DNA of 59,459 nucleotides, taken from assembly GCA_045592305.1 (NCBI GenBank), contig JAZNUO010000108.1, forward strand, positions 1 through 59,459. The letters are read 5' to 3'. The notes under the pieces were generated by a model that was not told where the DNA came from, did not search any database, and saw nothing but the letters and a program-made list of their open reading frames with translations. Of this stretch, positions 25,309 through 33,586 are shown in pieces; position 1 is the stretch's first letter; each line of letters opens with the position of its first letter. Origin of the DNA: Eubacteriales bacterium (GTDB lineage Bacteria; Bacillota; Clostridia; Oscillospirales; CAG-272). The position numbers and the translations under genes were made by a program.

Positions 25309-25907
25309 CAAGAGACGAGACCCTAACAGTACTGGCCGTTATCCGGGCAGCATATCCCGCCTTCTACGGCAAAGCTAACAAACAGGATATTGACATTTCC
25401 GTCAACCTGTGGTCTGAGATGTTTTCGGGCGATTCCTATCAGGTTGTCAATTATGCACTCAAGCAACTGATCGCCGAGAAGACAGGATACCCCCCCTGCA
25501 TCGCCGATCTCAAGCAAAAAATCCGCGAGGTCACAACAGCTGCCACCGGCGCTCCCACCCACGAGGAGCTTTGGCAAATGCTTCGTGCCGCCACCCGCAA
25601 CGGGCTTTACGGTTCCGAAGAGGAGTTTGCCAAGCTCCCCCCCGTGCTCAAGCGGTACCTCGGTGCACCGTCTGCCCTCCGCGCCATGGCAGTCATGGAT
25701 GAGGATGTGCTCAATTCCGTGGTTCATGGTCAATTTCTCAAGCAGATCTCGGCCATTGAGGACCGCGAGAGGTTCGACGAGGAGATGCCCGACGACATCA
25801 GGCAACTCGCCTGCGCCATGGCCCACAGGATCCCCGAAACACACCAGTTGACCGAAGGAGAGGTCAACGACCGCCGCAACCGTATTCTCGACAAGGTCGG
25901 CGGATAA
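25305..25907 (+). CDS. Putative helicase loader (SPP1 G39P-like)
   Basis: It lies immediately after the organizer with an ATGA overlap. The N-terminus TLTVLAVIRAAYPAFYGK...VNLWSEMF resembles G39P-type loaders as I recall them. No helicase gene is seen in the window. Confidence 0.5.
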   Translation: MTRDETLTVLAVIRAAYPAFYGKANKQDIDISVNLWSEMFSGDSYQVVNYALKQLIAEKTGYPPCIADLKQKIREVTTAATGAPTHEELWQMLRAATRNGLYGSEEEFAKLPPVLKRYLGAPSALRAMAVMDEDVLNSVVHGQFLKQISAIEDRERFDEEMPDDIRQLACAMAHRIPETHQLTEGEVNDRRNRILDKVGG

Positions 25908-25934
25908 TATTAAATTAACAAGGAGTAATTAAAA

Positions 25935-26444
25935 ATGGCTAACAACCCTACTTACCAGCTTCACGACAAGGTCCGCGTCAAGGCTCTGAAGGACATCCCT
26001 GTCGAGCTCCGCAACACCAACGAAACCTGCAACCCCGATGCTATCTTCCCCGCCAAGTCCAAGATGTGCGGCAAGGTTGGCGAGATCGTTGACGTTCTCA
26101 CCAGCGCCTACTACGGCAAGGTCATCTACCGTATCCACTTCGACGACCATGACACCGAGTGCCCCTTTGACTTCGGCGAGGCGCTCCTGGTCGGCGTTGG
26201 CGAACACGTCGAGTATTCCATCCGCACCGAGGTCTCTGACGGCAAGGTGACCGTCATCCTCTGCAAGATCTGCGGCGACACTGCGGGCGAGGTAGAGAGA
26301 GCCTTCGGCTTCATCAAGGGCAACGATGATGTTGATGTGGCCAATGCGTTGAGTTACGCTTCCAGACTGCTCTTTACCAAGATGGGGGGGCAGATTCCCG
26401 TCAGAGCGCCTGCCAAAGGCAAGAATGTCAAGACCAACAAGTGA
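25935..26444 (+). CDS. Hypothetical phage protein
   Basis: 169-aa ORF with SD AAGGAG upstream and GC3-rich codon usage like its neighbours. No motif recognised. Confidence 0.65.
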   Translation: MANNPTYQLHDKVRVKALKDIPVELRNTNETCNPDAIFPAKSKMCGKVGEIVDVLTSAYYGKVIYRIHFDDHDTECPFDFGEALLVGVGEHVEYSIRTEVSDGKVTVILCKICGDTAGEVERAFGFIKGNDDVDVANALSYASRLLFTKMGGQIPVRAPAKGKNVKTNK

Positions 26445-26459
26445 AAGGAGATAAAAGAA

Positions 26460-26747
26460 ATGCTTAATCAGAAGGTAATCGTAAGAGGTGACAGATCGGG
26501 TGTATTCTTCGGCACCCTGGAGAAGAAAGAAGGTCATGAGGTCACTCTGACCAACTGCCGCCGCCTGTGGAGCTGGGCTGGAGCTGCATCCATTTCCCAG
26601 CTTGCCGTGGATGGCACTATGAGACCAGATTCCTGCAAGTTCACCGTCACGGTGGCCGAGATCACGATCCTGGACACCATCGAGATCATCCCTTGTACCG
26701 ACAAGGCGATCACGAGCATCGAGGGAGTACGGGAATGGAAAATGTGA
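26460..26747 (+). CDS. Hypothetical phage protein (DUF6948-like by recollection)
   Basis: 95 aa with SD AAAGGAG. The pattern ...SGVFFGTL...L.NCRRLWSWAGAASISQLA..G......CKF...........IEIIPC is a widespread phage family as I remember it. Confidence 0.6.
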   Translation: MLNQKVIVRGDRSGVFFGTLEKKEGHEVTLTNCRRLWSWAGAASISQLAVDGTMRPDSCKFTVTVAEITILDTIEIIPCTDKAITSIEGVREWKM

Positions 26748-27412
26748 GAGAATGGTTGACCGTTCCCGTTAATGCCGGCGACGGCTCCGGCTACGGCTCC
26801 GGCTACGGCTACGGCTACGGCTCCGGCGACGGCTCCGGCTCCGGCTCCGGCTCCGGCTACGGCTCCGGCTACGGCTCCGGCTCCGGCTACGGCGACGGCT
26901 CCGGCTCCGGCTCCGGCTACGGCTCCGGCTCCGGCTACGGCTCCGGCGACGGCCTATCGGCCTTGAATGGACAGGCCGTTTACTTGATTGACAAGGTGCC
27001 CACCATCATCGTGTCTATCCACTTGTCCCTTGCCAAAGGCTATATCCTCAATTCTGACCTGACTCTCAATCCCTGTTACGTGGTCAAGGGCAACGGACTG
27101 TTCGCCCACGGCGAGACCCCGCAGGCGGCACAGGAAGCTTTGCGCCGCAAGATCTTCGAGAACATGGACACCGAGGAGGCGATTGAGAAATTCTGCGAGA
27201 CCTTTAAGCGGGGTGAGATGTATTCCGGCCATGACTTCTTCGAGTGGCATCATTATCTCACGGGCTCCTGCGAGATGGGACGGAAGACATTCGTCAAGAA
27301 TCACAATATAAATCTGGATGCTCTCTATACCGTTGAGGAGTTTATCGAGTTGACAAAGGATGATTACAACGGGGAGGTTATCCAAAGGTTGAAGGAGATT
27401 TGGGAAGAATGA
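26735..27412 (+). CDS. Phage protein with N-terminal (Gly-Ser/Tyr/Asp)n low-complexity array
   Basis: MENVREWLTVPVNA, then about 59 residues of strict G-x dipeptides (GDGSGYGSGYGYGYGSGDGSGSGSGSGYGSGYGSGSGYGDGSGSGSGYGSGSGYGSGDG), then a globular C-terminal part of about 150 aa. The ATG at 26735 overlaps the upstream gene end. Confidence 0.7.
   Translation: MENVREWLTVPVNAGDGSGYGSGYGYGYGSGDGSGSGSGSGYGSGYGSGSGYGDGSGSGSGYGSGSGYGSGDGLSALNGQAVYLIDKVPTIIVSIHLSLAKGYILNSDLTLNPCYVVKGNGLFAHGETPQAAQEALRRKIFENMDTEEAIEKFCETFKRGEMYSGHDFFEWHHYLTGSCEMGRKTFVKNHNINLDALYTVEEFIELTKDDYNGEVIQRLKEIWEE
26777..26953 (+). repeat. Imperfect hexanucleotide tandem array (GGCTCC / GGCTAC / GGCGAC)
   Basis: Read directly from the sequence: about 29 six-nt units, in frame, encoding the G-S/Y/D array. 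Confidence 0.9.
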
Positions 27413-29238
27413 ATCAGTACAGTATCTTTGATGACTGTTTCGTGGACAGCTTCGCCGGTGGCGGCGGGGCTTCCACGGGAATTGAGATGGCTACGGGTCA
27501 TCCTGTAGACATAGCCATTAACCACGACCAGAGTGCGATCATGATGCACCGACGCAATCATCCATTCACCGAGCATTACATCGAAGATATATGGCAGGTA
27601 GACCCCAAGACTGCGGTGCGCGGACGTCACGTGCGTCTTGCCTGGTTCTCTCCTGACTGTAAGCACTTTTCGAGGGCAAAGGGAGCGGCCTTGGTAAACA
27701 AGAAAATACGCGGCCTTGCCTGGGTGGTTCTTCGTTGGGCGGCAGAAGTCAAGCCCGATGTCATCATGCTGGAGAATGTCCCCGAGTTTGTAACTTGGGG
27801 ACCCGTCCGCAAGGGTAAGCCCGTCAAGAGCAAAGCTGGACAAACCTACCGCAAGTGGTTAAAGCAGTTGCATGAGCTGGGCTATGTCATCGAGACCCGC
27901 AAGATCTGTGCCGCCGATTACGGAGCACCAACCATCCGCACACGCTTCCATCTGATCGCCCGCCGAGACGGTAGACCGATCTGGCCAGAAAGAACACACG
28001 CACCGAGAGATTCTTCCGAAGTCTCAAGCGGTAAATATCTCCCTTGGAGATCTGCGGCGGAAATCATAAACTGGGACTTGCCGTGCCCTTCTATTTTTGA
28101 CACCAAGGAGGACATCAAGAAGCAATACGGCATCACGGCTGTTCGCCCTTTGAAGGATAATACCCTTCGCCGTATTGCCAGAGGGCTGGATAAGTTCGTA
28201 ATCCAAAGCCAGGAGCCTTTCATTGTCCCGATCGGTTACGGTGAGAACAAAGGGCAGAAGCCGAGAGTACATGATTCGAAGGATCCATTGTCCACCGTGG
28301 TAAGTAGCGTTAAACAGTATGTATGCAATCCCGTTATGACACCTTATTTAGGGCAACACAAATTCAATAACGCTGCGCAGGATGCTCGGAACCCTTTGAG
28401 CACAGTAACGTCCGTAGGATCACATGAAATCTTTTCACCGAAACTTGCGCCGTATGTCATGTGCAACAACGCCAACAACGCTCCGCATGAGATGTGTGCC
28501 CCTGTGCCGACCATCACGACAGGCAACAGGAACTTCCTCGTATCCCCCACGCTCATCCAGTACCACACCGAACAGAGCGTAAAGGAAGTGAGAGGTCAGA
28601 AGATTAACGAGCCGATCAGAACGGTTGACGCGGCGAATCGGTACGGATTGAGCGCGGCGTATATGACCGAGTATTACGGCAACGCGCACGATGGCATCGA
28701 GGCCAGAGACCCGATGCATACAATAACCGCCAGAGACCGGGAGGGGGTGACACTTGCCCACCTTGCCCATTTCAAGGGGCAGGATAAGGGGCAATCTCCG
28801 CTGGATCCCCTCATGACGGTGACCGCCCGTGACGGTCAGTTCGCTGATGTGCGGTCGATCCTTGTGAAATGGGATGGCTGTACTGATCTGCATCGTTGGG
28901 GAGAGGTGCGCAAGTTGCTCAATACCTACTGTGACCACAACATAGCAGAGGACGAGGTTCTTCTTCTGAACATCTGCGGCTGTTGGTATTTCATTTCCGA
29001 CATCGGACTGCGAATGCTGACCCCTCGCGAGCTGTATGATGCCATGGGTTTCCCACACGACTACATCATAGACCGAGACATTAACGGAAACCCGATCAGC
29101 CGTTCCGACCAGGTAGCAAGGTGTGGGAACGCCGTGTGCCCTGCGGTCGCGGAAGCTCTGGTAAGGGCCAATCTGCCAGAGCTATGCACAATGAAAATCA
29201 ACACTATGGAACAGCTTCACGATGCTATGACATCATGA
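27409..29238 (+). CDS. DNA (cytosine-5)-methyltransferase, orphan (no adjacent restriction gene)
   Basis: Motif I DSFAGGGGAS. Motif IV FSPDCKHFS (PC). Motif VI ENVPEF. Motif VIII-like PTIRTRFHLIA. Motif IX-like MLTPRELYDAMGFPHDY. Motif X CGNAVCP. The ATG at 27409 makes an ATGA overlap with the upstream gene. Confidence 0.9.
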   Translation: MNQYSIFDDCFVDSFAGGGGASTGIEMATGHPVDIAINHDQSAIMMHRRNHPFTEHYIEDIWQVDPKTAVRGRHVRLAWFSPDCKHFSRAKGAALVNKKIRGLAWVVLRWAAEVKPDVIMLENVPEFVTWGPVRKGKPVKSKAGQTYRKWLKQLHELGYVIETRKICAADYGAPTIRTRFHLIARRDGRPIWPERTHAPRDSSEVSSGKYLPWRSAAEIINWDLPCPSIFDTKEDIKKQYGITAVRPLKDNTLRRIARGLDKFVIQSQEPFIVPIGYGENKGQKPRVHDSKDPLSTVVSSVKQYVCNPVMTPYLGQHKFNNAAQDARNPLSTVTSVGSHEIFSPKLAPYVMCNNANNAPHEMCAPVPTITTGNRNFLVSPTLIQYHTEQSVKEVRGQKINEPIRTVDAANRYGLSAAYMTEYYGNAHDGIEARDPMHTITARDREGVTLAHLAHFKGQDKGQSPLDPLMTVTARDGQFADVRSILVKWDGCTDLHRWGEVRKLLNTYCDHNIAEDEVLLLNICGCWYFISDIGLRMLTPRELYDAMGFPHDYIIDRDINGNPISRSDQVARCGNAVCPAVAEALVRANLPELCTMKINTMEQLHDAMTS

Positions 29239-29250
29239 AAGGAGATTAAC

Positions 29251-29589
29251 ATGATCGATATTCAAACCATATTCGACTCGGATGAGGCCGAAAAGAGAGC
29301 CATCGATGAGATGGCGAGACATATCCCAGCAAGAATATTCGCTTATGATGTGAGCGAGAACTCGGCGAATTTGGATGAAAAGCACCGAGAAATTGTAGCA
29401 CTTCATCTTTACAGAGCAGGCTACCGCAAGGAGAAAACCGCCCAGTGGGTAACCACCGCCGAGACCGAGAGCGGCGTGATCGTGAGGTACACTTACCGTT
29501 GCACCGATTGCAACTATTTCTACAAGACCGTCTGCCCCCGTGGGGATGACTATTGCCACAAGTGTGGGGCGAAAATGAAAGGAGTATGA
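29251..29589 (+). CDS. Hypothetical phage protein with C-terminal zinc ribbon
   Basis: YRCTDCNYF...CHKCGAKM (CxxC...CxxC). SD AAAGGAG. Confidence 0.65.
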   Translation: MIDIQTIFDSDEAEKRAIDEMARHIPARIFAYDVSENSANLDEKHREIVALHLYRAGYRKEKTAQWVTTAETESGVIVRYTYRCTDCNYFYKTVCPRGDDYCHKCGAKMKGV

Positions 29590-29590
29590 C

Positions 29591-30013
29591 ATGAAAGGAA
29601 AACTATCCGCAATGTTAATATTTGTATCGATGCTCGCGTTGCTGGCATCATGCTGTCTGCTCGGTTGTACGCGCCAGAACACCGAGACCGATACAGATAC
29701 CGAGACCGAATCGGCCACAGTCGGCACGGCCGAAGCAGTTGTGTGGCTGTATTTCCCGGACTTATCAGAAAAACCGCACGAAAGCATCGTCCTTATGGGC
29801 GACGATTTGGAAAAGGCACTCCGATACCTTAACGGCATAGTAGAGATAGCGGATGCCAACGGCTACCCCGAAGAACCGCTGACAGAGATGTACCTATCGA
29901 TAGATGCAGTCCGAGGATACACAGTGACCTACATTGTGGACAGCGTTGGACAGGTATGGGTATACATCGACGAGGACTGTCTTTGGGTTGGCGTCCACCA
30001 AGGAGGTGAGTGA
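29591..30013 (+). CDS. Prophage-encoded lipoprotein
   Basis: Signal peptide with lipobox: MKGKLSAMLIFVSMLALLASCCLLGC. An acidic T/E/D linker follows, then a small globular domain. Confidence 0.7.
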   Translation: MKGKLSAMLIFVSMLALLASCCLLGCTRQNTETDTDTETESATVGTAEAVVWLYFPDLSEKPHESIVLMGDDLEKALRYLNGIVEIADANGYPEEPLTEMYLSIDAVRGYTVTYIVDSVGQVWVYIDEDCLWVGVHQGGE

Positions 30014-30014
30014 T

Positions 30015-30407
30015 ATGGACGAGTATATCAAGCGTAGAGATGTGATAGGTCTCATCGAGGATAAGCTCAAGCGATGCGAGACCATGCCTGAAGCGATTGT
30101 TTGCGCCAGGTTGCGAACCGCGGTTATGGGCTTGCACTCCGCCGACGTCGCACCGAGGGCGGAGTGGATCAGCGTTGAGGAGAGGTTGCCCAAAAACGAT
30201 TGGGGCAATCACTGGAAAGATCGGAAATACTATCTTGTTTTTACCAAACCGAGCGGTTTAATGAATGTTGCGGTCTATGGATATAAAGAACATGATTGGT
30301 GGATCGACAGGAATTCTTGTGTGCTTGATAAAAAGAATTACAAAGAAGTCACCCATTGGATGCCCCTGCCCGAGCCGCCGAAAGGAGAGAAGCATGACCC
30401 CGCTTGA
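30015..30407 (+). CDS. DUF551-domain phage protein
   Basis: C-terminal WISVEERLP...KEVTHWMPLPEPP is the DUF551 signature as I recall it. SD AGGAGG lies 8 nt upstream of the ATG at 30015. Confidence 0.75.
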   Translation: MDEYIKRRDVIGLIEDKLKRCETMPEAIVCARLRTAVMGLHSADVAPRAEWISVEERLPKNDWGNHWKDRKYYLVFTKPSGLMNVAVYGYKEHDWWIDRNSCVLDKKNYKEVTHWMPLPEPPKGEKHDPA

Positions 30408-30579
30408 GAAAGCCCGTCTCCGAGCCAAAGAACCACCCGCCTGTAAGGACTGCCCAGATTCGGAGCGGGTGGGAAATGTCCTATACTGTAGAATATCTGG
30501 AAAAATGATACTGCCTAGGTTTGAGCATATCAGCCTCTGCCGAGGCGAGAGACTGAAAGAAAGAGAGGGAAGACAATGA
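30394..30579 (+). CDS. Small Cys-containing hypothetical protein
   Basis: 61 aa, MTPLEKARLRAKEPPACKDCPDSE...CR...C. SD AAAGGAGAG. It overlaps both neighbours by a few nt. Confidence 0.45.
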   Translation: MTPLEKARLRAKEPPACKDCPDSERVGNVLYCRISGKMILPRFEHISLCRGERLKEREGRQ

Positions 30580-31205
30580 GTGATAATGCCAACATCGAAA
30601 AAACCAAAGTCATTACTGCATGTTTCAAGGAGACCCAGGGTGCCGAGGATCTGTTTATTATGACTTCGGGCACTCGCAGAAAGGTCTATTGCCGGCAGAG
30701 GTGTGACCAAACGCATATCCGGTGGCTTTCCACGAGCAAGTGGACGGGAGGCTATGAAGCCGATTGCCCGATCCGCGAGGGAATCCAGTTCCTGATCGTT
30801 GGCGCGGAGGGTGAGCCGCTGTACCGTGAGACTGTTGTAAAGGAGATTGGGTACAGCGACACCGTGGCTGTCAAGGAGTTTGACTTCTTCGACGATTGGA
30901 TCAAGAAACTCCAGCAAGAAATAGCCGAAAAAAACTGTCTACTATCCCATGCTAATTGGCGAGCCTACCTCTGTTCATTCCGCGGGACTAACAACCGCGA
31001 GTACCTGGATAACTGGCTGTACTGTAATTCGGTTGAAACCGACGTTGAACTGAAGGATCAATCATCCTACCTCGGCAACAACGTCAGCCTCATTCGCAGG
31101 AGTTATTTACACACGCCAACAGGCAGGCGATACAGCAGATATAATCTGGAGTCCTCCGATCTGGTCTCCTGCTATGCGATCTGCGGGTATCAGTTGGGAG
31201 GATGA
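30576..31205 (+). CDS. Hypothetical phage protein
   Basis: 209-aa ORF with an ATGA overlap with the upstream gene. No motif recognised. Confidence 0.6.
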   Translation: MSDNANIEKTKVITACFKETQGAEDLFIMTSGTRRKVYCRQRCDQTHIRWLSTSKWTGGYEADCPIREGIQFLIVGAEGEPLYRETVVKEIGYSDTVAVKEFDFFDDWIKKLQQEIAEKNCLLSHANWRAYLCSFRGTNNREYLDNWLYCNSVETDVELKDQSSYLGNNVSLIRRSYLHTPTGRRYSRYNLESSDLVSCYAICGYQLGG

Positions 31206-31211
31206 TATGCC

Positions 31212-31445
31212 ATGTCATCAAAAAGTAGTTATGTATCGAAATACGTGGTCTGCCCTTTCTACAAGCGACACAACGGCAACCGCATCTGCTGCGAGGGAGT
31301 GACCGACGCTTGCACCAACAACGCCGTGTTCGAGGATCCCAAGGAGCTTAAGGACTATACCACTATATACTGCGAGGACATCCACAACTATGAGAACTGC
31401 CGTATATGCGCCATGCTTAACGGCAAGTACGAAAAGAAGAAATAA
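31212..31445 (+). CDS. Small Cys-rich hypothetical protein preceding the packaging module
   Basis: 77 aa with 8 Cys (CPFY...ICCEG...C...YCEDIHNYENCRIC). A strong terminator follows. Confidence 0.55.
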   Translation: MSSKSSYVSKYVVCPFYKRHNGNRICCEGVTDACTNNAVFEDPKELKDYTTIYCEDIHNYENCRICAMLNGKYEKKK

Positions 31446-31453
31446 TCCCTACT

Positions 31454-31482
31454 GGAGGGGCGTTTAGGCGCCTCTCCTTTTT
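31454..31482 (+). terminator. Rho-independent terminator separating the early/middle and late (packaging) regions
   Basis: GGAGGGGCG (31454-31462) pairs with CGCCTCTCC (31469-31477): 9 bp including one G-U, with a 6-nt loop, followed by TTTTT. Confidence 0.7.
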
Positions 31483-31560
31483 GTGTAGGGGGGTGTGTTT
31501 AGAAAACAACACCTCATGTTGTATCATAAGCGTATAAGCAGCGCAGGAAGGAGGCCGCGA

Positions 31561-32163
31561 ATGATTGATATTGATTGGGACAAGATCCGCGAAGAGTATA
31601 TCGCGGACGAGTCGACGTCTTACCGCAAGCTCGCGGCTAAATATGGCGTGAAGGATTATGTAATCTATCGTCGAGGTCACGCTGAAGGATGGCCTGCCCT
31701 ACGCAAGCAATGTGTAGACGAGACCATAGCAAAAGCGGTTGAAAAAATCTCCCAAAACAGGGCCAATAAGCTCGATAGCGTCATGGATGCCGCCGATCAA
31801 CTGATTAAAAAGGTAATGGACGCGATTAAAGAGCTTGACAAAAAGACGGTTAAAAAAGTCACAAGGACCAAGAAGGTCGAATACGACAATGCCAACTGTC
31901 CAGACAAGCCCACCGGGGAGACCATCACCGAGACCGAGGAGTACGAGACCATCGACGCGCTGCTTGACAGGCAGGGTATCAAGGCCCTTACCTCCGCGCT
32001 CCGTGACCTCAAGGAGGTCCTCTCCGAGCCTACCGACCTTGATAAGCGCGAGCAGGCCGCTCGGATCGCCAACCTCGAGAAGCAAGTCAACAAGGGCGAC
32101 GATGATAACGTCCGCGAGGTAGTCGTTACCTTCGCCGCGGGAAACGATGAGTGGAATGAGTAA
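31561..32163 (+). CDS. terS: Terminase small subunit
   Basis: N-terminal HTH-like IREEYIADESTSYRKLAAKYGVKDYVIYRRGHAEGW. It lies directly upstream of and overlaps the large terminase gene. SD GGAAGGAGG. Confidence 0.7.
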   Translation: MIDIDWDKIREEYIADESTSYRKLAAKYGVKDYVIYRRGHAEGWPALRKQCVDETIAKAVEKISQNRANKLDSVMDAADQLIKKVMDAIKELDKKTVKKVTRTKKVEYDNANCPDKPTGETITETEEYETIDALLDRQGIKALTSALRDLKEVLSEPTDLDKREQAARIANLEKQVNKGDDDNVREVVVTFAAGNDEWNE

Positions 32164-33577
32164 TCTTATCCTGCAACCGCCGAACGAGCGTCAGAAGCTT
32201 TTCTTGGCGGCTAAATCCAAGCATGTAGCCTACGGCGGTGCCCGAGGCGGCGGAAAATCCTGGGCAGTCAGAAACAAGGCTACGCGGCTCGCATTGCGGT
32301 ACGCTGGCATCAAGATCCTGATCGTCCGCCGCACTTACCCCGAGCTCGTCAACAACCACATCAACTTCCTGCGTGTGGATCTGCTTGGCGTTGCCAGGTA
32401 TAACACTTCCGAGAAGGTCTTCCGCTTCGTCAATGGCTCCACGATCAAGTTCGGCTACTGCAACAACGACCGCGACCTTGACCAGTATCAGGGTGCCGAG
32501 TACGATGTCATCTTCTTGGACGAGGCTACACAGCTTCAGGAGGAGTGGGTTAAGAAAATAGTGGTCTGTGTGCGTGGTGTCAACCGCTTCCCGAAGCGAA
32601 TTTATTACACAATGAACCCAGGCGGCGTATCTCACGGATACTTCAAGCGGCTGTTCATCGACCGTAAGTTTCTCGCCGGCGAGAACCCCGATGACTATGA
32701 GTTCATTCAAGCCCTCGTAACGGACAATACAGCGCTCATGGAGAGCCAACCAGAGTACAAGCAACAACTGGAGGCTCTCCCCCCGAAACTGCGCCAGGCG
32801 TGGCTGTACGGGCGATGGGACGTGTACGAGGGGCAATTCTTCGAGGACTTCCGAGAGACCCCCGATCTCGATCTGTGTGCCGCCGCCGGTATTACCCCCG
32901 AGGAGGCCTTGGAGCAGCGGAGATTCACCCACGTTATCGAGCCTTTTGACCTCAACCGAGGCCCCGCCAGAGGCTGGAACATCATGCGATCCTATGACTT
33001 CGGGTACGGCAAGCCCTTCTCGCTCGGCTATTGGGCGGTGGACTATGATGGTATCCTGTACCGCATCATGGAGATCTACGGATGTACCGAGACCCCTAAC
33101 GAGGGCGTTAAGTGGACTACTGACGAGCAATTCAGGCGTGCGGTACAGCTTGAGCGAGAGCACCCGTGGTTGCGGGGACGCAAGATCGTTGACAGCGTAG
33201 CCGATCCGTCTATCTGGGACACCTCCAGAGGAGAAAGCACGGCGGAGGTGGCGGAAAAATACCATATATACTTCTCTCCTGGCGATAACAAGCGCATTCC
33301 CGGGTGGATGCAGGTGCATTACCGCTTCCAGTTCGACGATAACGGTTACCCCCGCATGTACTTCTTCTCCAACTGCAAGGCGGCCATCCGCACCGTGCCC
33401 TTGATGAGGTACAGCGAGACGATCCCAGAGGATCTGGATACCAAGATGGAGGACCACGTGTGCGACGAGATCCGCTACATGTGCATGTCAAGGCCAGTAG
33501 TCCCCATAGCAAGTAGCACTAAAAAAATCGCTCTATCCGACCCGCTTGACCAGTTCAAAGGGCGGAAGCGAAGATAG
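32147..33577 (+). CDS. terL: Terminase large subunit
   Basis: Walker A YGGARGGGKSWA. Walker B DVIFLDEAT. C-terminal nuclease-like acidic motifs (SYDFGYGKP...DHVCDEIRY). Confidence 0.9.
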   Translation: MSGMSNLILQPPNERQKLFLAAKSKHVAYGGARGGGKSWAVRNKATRLALRYAGIKILIVRRTYPELVNNHINFLRVDLLGVARYNTSEKVFRFVNGSTIKFGYCNNDRDLDQYQGAEYDVIFLDEATQLQEEWVKKIVVCVRGVNRFPKRIYYTMNPGGVSHGYFKRLFIDRKFLAGENPDDYEFIQALVTDNTALMESQPEYKQQLEALPPKLRQAWLYGRWDVYEGQFFEDFRETPDLDLCAAAGITPEEALEQRRFTHVIEPFDLNRGPARGWNIMRSYDFGYGKPFSLGYWAVDYDGILYRIMEIYGCTETPNEGVKWTTDEQFRRAVQLEREHPWLRGRKIVDSVADPSIWDTSRGESTAEVAEKYHIYFSPGDNKRIPGWMQVHYRFQFDDNGYPRMYFFSNCKAAIRTVPLMRYSETIPEDLDTKMEDHVCDEIRYMCMSRPVVPIASSTKKIALSDPLDQFKGRKRR

Positions 33578-33586
33578 GAGTAGAAC

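Noticed and set aside
26772-26966. ORF encoding (A-T/P)n: MPATAPATAPATATATAP...
   Set aside because: It is an alternative frame of the hexanucleotide array. The G-S/Y/D frame is continuous with a properly started gene and a globular C-terminal domain. This frame has neither.
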